Below are positions 23,801 to 35,800 of a stretch of DNA of 38,986 nt, one piece after another. Source of the DNA: Phoronis australis (taxonomy: Eukaryota > Animalia > Phoronida); the NCBI GenBank assembly GCA_002633005.1, contig NMRA01001217.1:1-38986 (forward strand), in the 5' to 3' direction. The first letter of the stretch is position 1. Each line of letters begins with the position of its first letter. The notes under the pieces are model-generated. The model made no database searches and was not told the DNA's origin. It was given only the letters and a program-made list of their open reading frames with translations. The position numbers were made by a program, and so were the translations under genes.

Positions 23801-26800
23801 GAGGTCAGCGTGTCGCCGGGTCAAAGGTCGCTTGAGATGCAAGATGTTCACAGCACCATTCTGCTGAGTCTCCTCCTCACCAGTATCAGCAGATCTGAAG
23901 GAAACAATGGGAGAGCTGTATTCTAGGGTGGGAAATTTTCAAAATGCGATCAACTGTGTTTCGAGAATTGCGTGAAAGATCAACTAGCTGTATCAAATCA
24001 CGGTTAAAATCCAAAGAAAACGAATCAACTGTTATGAGTTAGCTGTACAAATAACTAACAGTAAACGTTGTGACGTCCAATATTTTAAAAATATATATTA
24101 ATTGTCAAACTGTGATTAATTGGAAATTTAGGTTATCAACTGGCAGTTATAATAACGAACTCTCACAGCCCTTTGAAGGGATAACAAAAACATACATGGC
24201 AAGCTTTAGCAACTCATTTTATCCTCTGAATGGAAAACTGGAGTGGAGCATTTGGTATGTACCAAATAGGCATCCTATTGATGGTGATGTGACTCTTATA
24301 AAGAGCTGAGCATGTCCTAATTTCCATTATGTTATACTTTTGTATTTACACATGTGTGAAGAAAATTAAGACAGTATTATCTCCCTTTTTCTAAAAACAA
24401 CTGTTTTTTGTAATTCAGAAGTGGTAGTATTGACAAGTAAATGAATTTCACTGAATGGCTCCAGTATTTTTCTTCCCACAAATAGTTACTTTAGCATTTT
24501 GTATTCTCCCTAGCCCCTCACTGACCTCTGTGTTATGTGAGATTAATTTGTTCAAACAATGTTTACTGATAACGAAAAGTGTTTTCCCGTACTTCTTTGA
24601 TGGTAGTTTATGGAATTAGACATTCCTTTTGACAGTGATGTGACTCTGATGATAGTTAAGTGCTAAGTATGTCTAAGGATTAAGTACAATTGCTATGTTT
24701 CATTTGTATACTCACACCTTGTGAAGCACACACAGGTGTGAACCTAGTTTTTTTGTATTGATGTTCAGTGATCAAGTACACGAGTTTCCAGAGTAATAAA
24801 CTTTCTTGATTCTAAGCCAGATTTAAGTCTTTTCCAACATGAATGTAACGATACCAATGATGTATTCTCCGTAGCCCACATTTCTTATTTTTGTTATTTC
24901 AACAGGCCAAATCTTAAAAACTAAATGAGGATACTTCACAAAAATTTAACCTGATATTCCATATGTCATGTTGAATCCAATAAAAAAAGCCTCAAAGCTG
25001 AAATTAAAACTTCATAAAACGCCATTTCTGAAACAAAAGTGTGCACCCTGAGTGAAAAAATGCCGTACAGTGTATCTAATCTCCCGATCAGTATATAAAT
25101 ATGTGTTATTGCAGCAACCAGATGTCCCCCGTTAGACAAGGCAGTGCGCCACACGCGATTACATAACCTTGTCTCAACTAAATGTCTCGCTCTAAATGGC
25201 TGTGCCCCTCTCCCCTCTCCGATCTTCCTTTCCTTCCCTGTCTCCCACCTCTTCCTCTCTTTACCCAGTACTTATGAGAGGTTTTAACCAGTTGGCATTA
25301 AAATAGCCATGTGCAACAACACCTAGACTTCTATGGCCAGCTTTTGTTGTTAGGGGATTAGGAAAGAGATAACCACTGCAGGTTCCTGGCAGCATTCTTT
25401 CTACCCATTTTATACACTGTAGACTATAAAAACTAAATCCATCACTGAAGATTGAAATTTTCTTTTGTCTGAAGTACAAAAATCAGTTATCTACAGCAGG
25501 CAAACAGAGAAATAAGGTGCCGTGCAACTGCAGTTCCTTTGTTAATATGTCCTGGCCTCTATTGTCTATCCTGATTGAGCAACACAAAGAGGCGACTAGG
25601 ATTTGCTTAAATTGTATTTTTGACGAGCTTTTCCCATTTCATGCCTCTTTAAGTTGCAGAACCAAATCTGGTTTTAAATTTTTGACATTTTATGTTGTGA
25701 GAATTCAAGATTATTGTCTTAGTAACCTGTGCTTGATTATGTTACGATTTATGACGAGTTTCTAGCCCAAGTTTGTACTTTATGACCCCAAGATTGCAGC
25801 TACGACCAGCAAAAGCTCGTCATTTCAAGTAAAAATGTAAATTTATGAGCAACTGATCTTAAATCTTACCCAGCTCTGGCCCGGTGTAGCTTCATCATGA
25901 AGTCCTTGAGAGCAAGCAACTTATCTTCATCTGCTTCAGTTAGGCCCATGGAGCTGAGTTTACGGAACATCTTAAATATAATAATTTTTATCTATATCAT
26001 TAACTGACATTATACAACACGGACAGATTATAGAGTTAAAACCAGCATCATGGATTCAATAAATCACAACATTAACTATGGGCAACTACAGTCATCAACT
26101 TTAGTCGTAATTCAACTTCCGCACCACGCTCTATTGGGCAATTTGAAGATGAAGGTCAACTGAAAATCCCCATTGTATTGGCATACAACAAATTAACATT
26201 TAGAATCAACTGCAGAAGCTGAAAGAAATTTGCTGGCCTTCCTTCAAAGAAACTTTGGGATTAAGACCACTAAATTAATGTTCCTTACTCACATGAGAAA
26301 TGACTACTAAAAAGAACTAACAGCTCCTTAATATTCCATGAGACCTGATATCCAATGCCATCTTATTTAGCCTTGTATGAAACAACCAGCCATTTTACAC
26401 AAGATTAGAAATCATTTCTAACGAAGGGAAGGATACAAGACCAATTTTACAACAGCGAGAGACGTGACAGAAGGAGAAAGGTTTGTTGCACCTTGAAACC
26501 AGGCGAGTTCTTGCATCATCTGTAACAGTTGCTAATTATTATTCTGAGTGTTAATTATATTGAAGGATTCTGTCAACTATGTACAAATCTATTGAAGAAG
26601 TACCCACGGTCATGGTACGGGCCAAATTTCTAATGGTTGTAGGCAGGATGCTGATAAATACCTGACTCAAATTGTCCTCCAGCTCTGGATACTGCGGTCG
26701 ATGACCGTGCCTTGTTGCACTTCGCTGAAGTTGCTTGTCATAGAGACACTCGAACAGTTTCTCAATCAGTTGAGAGCGCAAAATGTAGTCGTATATTGCA

Positions 26801-29800
26801 CGTGGAATGGCCGGCTCCAGCGCATTCAGTAGCACCACCTATTGGAGCACAAAAACTGCAAAAGTCAAACCAATCTTAGAAACAAATCCAAGAGCCTGCA
26901 GATAAACAAGTAAAACGTCATGATAATTGCAAAATAACTTAAGAGGGCATCCTTAATTAGAATGTCTAAATTTGAGTCAGGGTGTCCATATGGATGCCCG
27001 ACTCTAAATACAGACGCAACTGTACGACATCTAAAATCTGTAGATGGCAAACATTTCCTGGGCAAATCTTGGATATATTGAATGCTGAATGTTTGAACAT
27101 CCTATACGCACAACCCCAATATTACCGGAAAGACATGAAGTAATGTCTTCCTGTAAGTAAAAATTAAGTAAGACAATGAAAAATGCTTTCCTTTCAGACA
27201 CAAAAAAATTTCAAAAATTTGGTCATTAATTATTATATCAATGTAATGCTTTGAAATAACAAAAAAAAATTCTAATAATATCAAAGCACTAACAATTTAG
27301 ATGCCAACTTTTAGTTGATGATAAAAGTTATAAAGTTTACTTGTAATGCTCTTTTCTCATTTCAAAAATGAAAAATACCGCTAAATAATCACTTTCTGCT
27401 GAATGCGCGCACACGACACTTTTCACCCAAACGTTTTAAGGACAGTCCGTGAAATTCTTAAACATATTCCATGCAAAAGGACTAGAATACCGAAAATGAC
27501 ACAAACCTCTTTATCAATTTGCAACACCGAGTGTTTCAGGAATGGTTGTAACAACGGCAGTAGGTTACAGTGAACATCAGCGATGTTTAAAGACTTGGCA
27601 ACAGCGGCGACAAACCCAACGGCACCTTGTCGAATCCATAAGTTCTGTAATGTTAAGGTTATTAACACTTGGTGAAACTTTCGAAAATTCAATCTTTAGA
27701 TACACTGGAATCTCACCAATTTTGGACAGAATTTTTTCAAAGGCTTCGAAAAATGTGAATTTCAACAATTTCTTAAAGCGTTTCCTGATGGTATACGTGG
27801 GCTTTAAAACTATGGCCTAGTCAGGCATTTATTTAGTGCTAATACAATCTTTTAAGAAAAAAAACGAAGAAATTAAATTTCACTTGTCAGCCATATTGCG
27901 TGACCTAAATTTGTGAGAATTTAACATACTATCACTTGTTCAGTCTGTTGCCATGATATGGCCAACATAAGCAAAGTTGAAATTTTCAATCATCTATGTT
28001 CTTATCTATTAGAAACTAACGTACTGCAGAAGTCTGCAGTTCACTTGTCCCTCAAAATCTAACAGAAATGACATCACAACGCCACCTACTGGATGTGTCA
28101 GAAATGGAACCACCTCCCTCAAGAGGTCATGAATCAAGGCTTTCTGCAGCAGCCCGAGGTCTGTCAGAGACATCATGGCACAGAGAGTCTTGGAGATGAC
28201 AAATTCCTCAGTGTCACTTAGACCCTGTAAAAAAGATAGATCAGTACCGTAACAGAGCCATATACAAAGAAATCTAACATCACTGTTCAGCTTGCGAAAG
28301 AACAAGATGCAAGCTGAAATGAAGGAGCAATGTCACAATATTCCTGTAAATTAGCAACAATACAACCTCACGTGAATTCAGACGGTTTCCAGAGTAAGTT
28401 GGATAATTTGGAAAATGGGCCCAAATTTTGAGAAACAGTTATCTCCACTGAGTAACAGGCATCAAACTGGTTCTCAAAATATAGGCATGTTATATCCGAC
28501 TATTGCCGCAAGTTGTAGTTAATATCTATACAAAGAGGCATTTTAATCCAAATTATTTACTAAATGGGTTAAAAGAGCCACTCGTGAAAGTTCAACAAAC
28601 AAAAAGGTAGGCAAGCAGACAATGTATTTTAGAAATTAAAGAACATTCACCAAAGGTGTTTTAGTTGATGACATCCAAACTAATAAGATCATAACAAAAC
28701 CAGTAACACTTTACGTTGGAAAAAGTCCAAGTCAATAAGTACCCATGATGGGAATAGTATAGGTTTGGCTAATGTTTTTTTCAAAACAAAGGTGCTGAAA
28801 TCAGTGAACATCAGTGCGAATAGCTCTGTATTTACCCGTTTCAGAGACCGGGTTTCAACCGCTTTAGGCCATAATAAGAGCCCCCCTCCATCCAGAAACG
28901 AATATTTCTAAGCGCCCTGGGCACTCATTGGTCAGAGTGAATAAGGTAGGTGTGGCAATGCTTTTATCAAAACAAAGGTGCTGAAATCAGTGAACATCAG
29001 TGAAAATGGCTTTCAGAAAATTTAAGCCCGTTCCTAGCTTGATTGGTAGTGTGTAGATGTCATACAACAACATTCTTGATAAAGTTTCTATTATTCGCAG
29101 CAAACTATCAATCTCTGAAAAATAGAAAAAGTGAAGAATTAGGGTATCTTACCTGCTGTAGCAATGGCAACAGTATAGAGGTGCTCTGCCAGCCGACATA
29201 CGCAGCTACTCCCACTATAGCGTCGAAGAAGGCACCACGCAAGTGCCAGTCATGCTGCAAAACAAGAACCACATCTACTAAAATATGCTTCTTCCAAATA
29301 ATTCATTCTAGCATATTAAAAATCCAAAAGGCAGTCAAATCATACTAGATCTGGCCAAAAGTAATTTATGTCTGAACGTTTTTCAGAGTGTAGTAAGATC
29401 TCACCAAATTAGATGACAACATGGCAGACAAGTGAAATAACATTTTTTTATAAAAGACATGTAGCACCAAATGGACATTTTTTCACCATCAAACTCTGTA
29501 TCAGAGCCATCACCAGACAATACTTTGAAAATTTATGGGCAATTACGCAACAGCGTAAGAAGACATGAAAATAAATAAAGGTCAAATTTGGTGGCAATCA
29601 TTTTGTCCAAAATTCGTGAGATTTTACTGTAGCAGACATGATATTATAATCTTGAGTTCTTGAAGTGACTCATAGAATAAATAAAAAAACAGCACATTAG
29701 GCAGAAGTTGTTCAGCTATAAACCGACACGCACGCTGAACACTTATGATAAAATATTTCATGTTCAGCGTAGACGTCAATTTGCACTTTACACAGTCGTA

Positions 29801-32800
29801 TCAGTATCTCACCTTGTCGTTCAAGAAAGTGATCATATGGGACAGCAAGACATCATTGGCTGGAATGAAGAGAAAATTAAACACTTTCCGAACTAATATC
29901 CAGCAATTCTCAAAATAAGTAGTCAAGCACAGAAACAGTTTTCATCAATCCATCTTTAGAAAATTCGAGAACTCGATGCCAAATTTGCTCCAAGATCACA
30001 AAAGTGTTGGATATCGGGACACACCCAAAATGTCAGCTAAGAACGTCTCAGAACCATGACGCACACTCAAGAATGTGTCACAAAAAGTAATAAAAAAGAC
30101 TTACACTTATCATGTTCGACTAAAGGAAATACACAATTGAGAGTTCTCTAATTAACATTTGCTACAAACTAAACAGTGTACTTTTAGTGAACCTGAGATA
30201 TATATATTTGATTAATAACGAAACATCGTTTCCATGATTGTCATTTTTGTTTTCCATATCTTACACACAGATTTGTCAGTGCTCTTGTAGATGATGATGA
30301 AAACGGGAATGGCAATAACGGTAATGCTAAACATGTTGATTCTTACTCCTACAAACAAATGCCACCAACCTTTCTGTCGTCCAAAGAACACGCACAGTCT
30401 GGTGATGCCACAGTGAAGCAATGTCTGCTTTACAATGTTATCGGAGTCCGTCAACAACACCACAACCACCTGCTGGATCATCTCGTGTAGTCCCTCTAAC
30501 TCCATGTCGTAGCTAGCCTCGTACTGGCCCTCGCTCTCCTCTTCTTCCTCACCTCCAGACACTGAAGAGTTAAGCTGGACAATCTCCAAGAAACGCTGGG
30601 CGGTCTCCGCCAACTGAGCAATGCTCTCAGCGAATGCTTCACGTACAAGCATGCAATCGTCATGTGTCAGCTCGCTCTGTTGGCACAATGTGAAAATTTC
30701 AAAGATTATGCTATGAGCATTGTGTTGAAGAGAATCGCAGTTTCCCCAAATCTCCAATAAATGACACCGAAACATTTCAAGTCGATTTAAACGGTACCAT
30801 AGTTGTTTTTATTAATAAATCTCCCATAATTATGTCTAGTAGTTATTTTTTGCTTTATCACAAAATGATTACTATGACTCTAGCTACAGAAACTAGTGAA
30901 ATACAACGGAACTTGAGGTATACAAACCATGTTCCACTTCAATTATTCTTGCTGACATCAGCAATTCACTAGGCCTGAAAAGAACTTCCATGGATTTCCG
31001 ATAGAGTACAATTATTTTTCAACACAAGCTGTCGCTCATGAATGTTTCACAAAGCCTAACAAACAACCGACATTTATTCTGCGAAGATTTACCAAAGTTG
31101 GCAGAATGTATTCTGGGAAGATGTTGGCATCACTCCTTGGGACAGTCTTGACGTTTGCCAATGTCTTAGCGACAGTTCTTATGACCTGGGCGCGTACACG
31201 TGGAAACGGGTCATCCACGAGATAAAGGACAAAGGGTATCATCCTGTCAAGGATCACCTCAGAAGTAACGTATTCAGACAGCATGATGAGACAGTCGAGG
31301 GCGGTGAGCTTGGAACTGCAGAACTGAAATATATGAAAAATTTTAAAGTCATCACACACTGTGATCATAATAACTGCCAGAACTGCTGTACTTTTTGCTT
31401 TCAAGGGCTGAATACCTTAAGCCCCAAATACCAGGAATTAATAACTTGCTTCAACACACCTTCACGCTAAAACAACAGAGTCTAATTAAAGTTTCTCAAT
31501 ATTTGTCTTCGTTAAGATGTTTTACAATGAAAAGAAAATTTCCACTTTCCGCCATGTCGTGAGCTAAATAGGTGAAGAACTACCATGTGTAAAGAGAGGC
31601 ATGTTTCACCACTGCCACTTGAAGGCATCTGTCTGATGGCAAGTTGTCCAGTCAAGTCTGGATTTTACATTGAAACGCATTGCTTTTTGGAATGCACTTG
31701 CAACTTAAAGGAGAATGCCACCCGATTCAATTAGTCTTTTTTACCGTCTTAATCGGTCTGAATCCACATCGCCTCGCATACGGTCGACCTCACCTTGCCA
31801 AGAGGTGTCGCGTTAACCTGTGAGGAAGGTGAGAAACGACGCAGCGACATCAGTGGTTCGCCTGCAGAGTGAATGCCGCAATATTGTGGTGCATCGTTCC
31901 CGCTTGTCCGAACTATGAAGGTGCAAAGAAAACGGCTATATCGTTTTTTCGAATTCCTCGAGAGCCCAAAATGCTTAGGAAGTGGCTCCCGGTAGTGAAG
32001 AATGAAAGGTATGCTGTTAATAGCAAGTATGAGGCCGTGAAACATCCCCGTGTCTGTGGCCAGCATTTCGTCGACAGTGATTTTTCTGAAAAATTCCTGT
32101 TTACCAAAGAAATATCCATACATTCCGTTGCCTGTGCATGTTCACAGCCCCCCTATAGTATTTCTTGATCAGTGTATTCCAGTTCGAACTGATAGCCTGT
32201 GAAACCTAATGATCCGACCCGTGAAGTCTTCGTAGGACGAGCTCTTGACTAAGTCAGGATTGGTGCCGAGGGAGTTGCCATGTAGACGTTTATTATTCTG
32301 TGTTCTGTTTCAAAATGAATTATTCTCATCCTAAAATGATCCTAACCAATGCTTATATGAAACTGAAACAAAGACTGTCTCATTAGATACAATTTGTAAT
32401 GCCTTGGAGTGCTCGTGAGTGCAAATGTTTTGAGAAGCCAGCAATGAATAAACCACTGCGTTACCGTCTTTTAATGCCGGCAATAAAGGTAATTGACTGG
32501 GCACCGAGGCCGTGTGAGCGCATGCTAATTCAGTGTTTGCTGACAGAAAGCTGTTGTGAAACAATTACTGGATTTTATATGCTATGGTCACATGTTAGGG
32601 GAATCTTTATTTAGAAATACAAATACATTATTCAAATCATTGCTACTGCACAACCTTTGCCCTGACAGTCTGTGGAAGGGGAACCCGACTTCGCAGCCCC
32701 CGACAAGTAAGTAGATTTTCAGTTTCGTGGCTAATTCACATAAATAATTACGTGCACATTATTTCTTTGGCTCATTTCGTGACTGGAGGTTTGTTTAGTT

Positions 32801-35800
32801 TCCAACTCAAGCTGGTTTATGTTCGTGCCAGTCCTGGCGGCCGCGACGGGCCAGTTCGGGTTCCGAGCCACTGGCCGGGATAACAAGCGTTTTGTGTGTT
32901 TAGAACTCAAAAAATCACAAGCATAAACAACACAGATCTAGGTTCTCCTGTCTGTATTTCACGGAAGAATACTTCGAATTTATCTCCGAACAGACCCCTG
33001 AACTCCAGCTACAGACCTTGGTTAATTGGCCTGCCGAACTTTGTAGGCTACGGAGTGTCCAAATACCAGTAAATCCGTAACAGCGAAATAAAACAACACG
33101 TTTTTATAAGAACTCGGTGTATTTTTAAGGGTTTTACATCAAAGTTTGCTGATTTATTGATGTTAAACGATGACTTCAAGCGATAAGCTGACACCTGAGT
33201 AACCCATGCTGTGAACTGCTGAACAGACTGCGTGTGCAACCAATTATGTCATTGGATAATTTCAACACCTCCGTCTGCCGTCAGGTGTCAGGTAACGCAA
33301 CCAAACCTGCCGTTATCGAATAGAAATACTTGATCTAAATTGATACAAAATAGGTTGTATTTGGGTGGCATTCTCCTTTAATTAACTCACCAAAGTCAAG
33401 GTAGTTATTAGACTCAAACAAAAGAATGTCTGAAATCTATGAGACTGTAATCTATCAGTGGTCAGGATAAATAAACTTTCTGTTTCACACACCACAGGCT
33501 CCATCAAAAAGAGACAAAAGAGTGAACAATGAGGAAGGAATACACGCGCCATATGTGTTCATTAGAACAAAATTGCAGTACATAAATAAGAATAGTTTAT
33601 GAGAAAAAGATTGTGATAAGGACTGAAGGAAAAGACGTTGCTGATTAGAGCATTTGAAAAATTGTTGACGAGAAAATTCGACTTTCCTGTCACTTGGTTA
33701 AACTAAAAACACTTTGAGAAAGAAACGATATGCTTACTAGACACAAAAACAGCTTAAAGGTCGACCACAAATGATCCGGCATGACTAACCTTGAGTGCCC
33801 TCATACTGGATGTCAGTAAACTAATGATAATGACCAATCCGTTGTTCTCACTAGGGGTCTCTGTATCCACGTTCATGTGCGGGATGATAATATCCTTCAG
33901 GTCTCGCTTTATCCGCAACACGCGGTCGTCCGCTGGTAGTATGGGCATGGTGACAAACCTCTGCAGGTAGAGCTTCAAGAAAGTATAGAAGTAGTCCGGG
34001 AATGCTTTGCCTTGCTGATTCACCAAGTATTCCTCCGCGGACAAACGTTGACTGGGTTCTTTCTGCAGCATACTCTTGATCAACTCCTGAAGTGCGACCA
34101 AACAAAATGGTGATAATTTACATCTAATGAGGACCGTTCATTTAACATCATTTTCGCGACTGAACAAAGCATGCTCTTTATGGAGGAATGGGAGAGTACG
34201 TTTTAGTAAATGTCTGTGTGATTTAAAGCAAACGCAGTTTAGGCAAACTAATCCTGACCTGATCAACACAAGAAGTGCACTATAAGTGGAAGAGGCTGGG
34301 AAAATTCACCTTTTTGAAATCAATGTAGACATATTTTTGAATGACCCTTCACTGGCTACAGACTGCAATATGCTCAACTTCCAACACTAAACATTTCCCA
34401 TAAATTTGGGGTCATGGATAAGCTTTAGAGAGAAATGAAATTATTTGGTTACGACGAAGATTCCTGGCGTCTAGGTGATGTATCGTTCTACAAATAGAAA
34501 TATTTTTTGTGTTGTAAGATTTAAATGAAGTAAACGTTTTTGCAAGGAAATCAAATAAAAGAAAATTGAAAACAAAAGATAAAAAATCCATTTAAAAGAA
34601 GACAATTCCAAGCCCTGAAGATCAAAGATCACTTGTTACGTGAGTCAGGAACAGCCAAGTTTATGTTTCCTTGACGGACCGCGAGGTTATAGTTACTTTT
34701 ACAGTTAATAATTATTACTTTGCCCAAACAACAGTTGCCAACTTAGCCGCTGATAAAAAAATAATCATTAAGTAGATTTTCATGGAATACGGAAACGAAA
34801 AAAAACACGAGGCAAATAAAACTGAAATGAAAAACTGAGTGGTTTAATGTCCTGAACACATCCACTACCACAAGAAACTATAGGAACACCACATTTATCC
34901 ACCTTCACTCTTATCAGGCTTCTATTGTGAGTCAGCACTGCGTGAATAATTGGCTGATAAGCCACCTATGGAACTACTTTTGGCTGAATGGATGACCAGG
35001 CCATAAAATGATAATTAGCCAAGACCAGTTAAATAATGCTGCATGGAATAGGTAATACCTTCATGGCAATTTTGAAAGAGTGGGAATCTTTTGCTGAAAG
35101 TGTTTTAAAAAACTTGATTTACCAACCTCTGATTTTCTGGATTATGCAAACATTAAAATTCAAATTTGCAACGTTTTCATTTTCCGCCATCATAATGTTC
35201 TGGAAACAAGAAAAAATTGGCAACACTGCGTACAAGCAACAAAGAATATGTCGTAGCATCACCTAGCCTTGGTGGAAAACTGTATACCGGAAGCTTAAAA
35301 AATTCATTTCACGGGAGGGACGATTATTGTAGCCCGGCTTCCAAAACGGGTAAAATTGGAAGCTAAGATTTATCAAATTTACGCTCTGTGACGTATTTGT
35401 AGCCTATGAAAGTCTTTCTACAAAATTGTGGCGCATTGCTATCAAACTCCGTTGTTAAATTACGATCATTTTTCAAAAAACTGTGCTGAAATCCCAGGGC
35501 GAAAACTTGTCGACTGATACGTCGCTGAATCGCGATCGTCGATAGGAAAACTTGAATTCTTGAATAAAAATACAGTTTCGACTCAACAAATTACCTGAAA
35601 TCCTCTTTATGTTTTAAAATTTTTTAAGTTCATGTGGAGTCCAGACAGGCCTTTATCCAGGATTTCGAAACTAGGGTGTCCAAAATGGGGTTCCCAATAT
35701 TCCAGGGCATCCNCCCCAAACACACAATTTTTTTACAAAAAATGCATAGACCAAGGTTTTTACATCTAAGTTTACAAAACAGCCTTCTGTAGTGAGCATT

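Larger units (their letters stand above)
15471..23854 (+). repeat. ~3.8 kb duplication of VPS15 exons M-Q with introns (15471-19235 / 20073-23854), probably two haplotypes
   Basis: Collinear exons and introns with SNPs and small indels, separated by an N gap (19236-19515) plus 557 bp of unique sequence. Confidence 0.93.
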
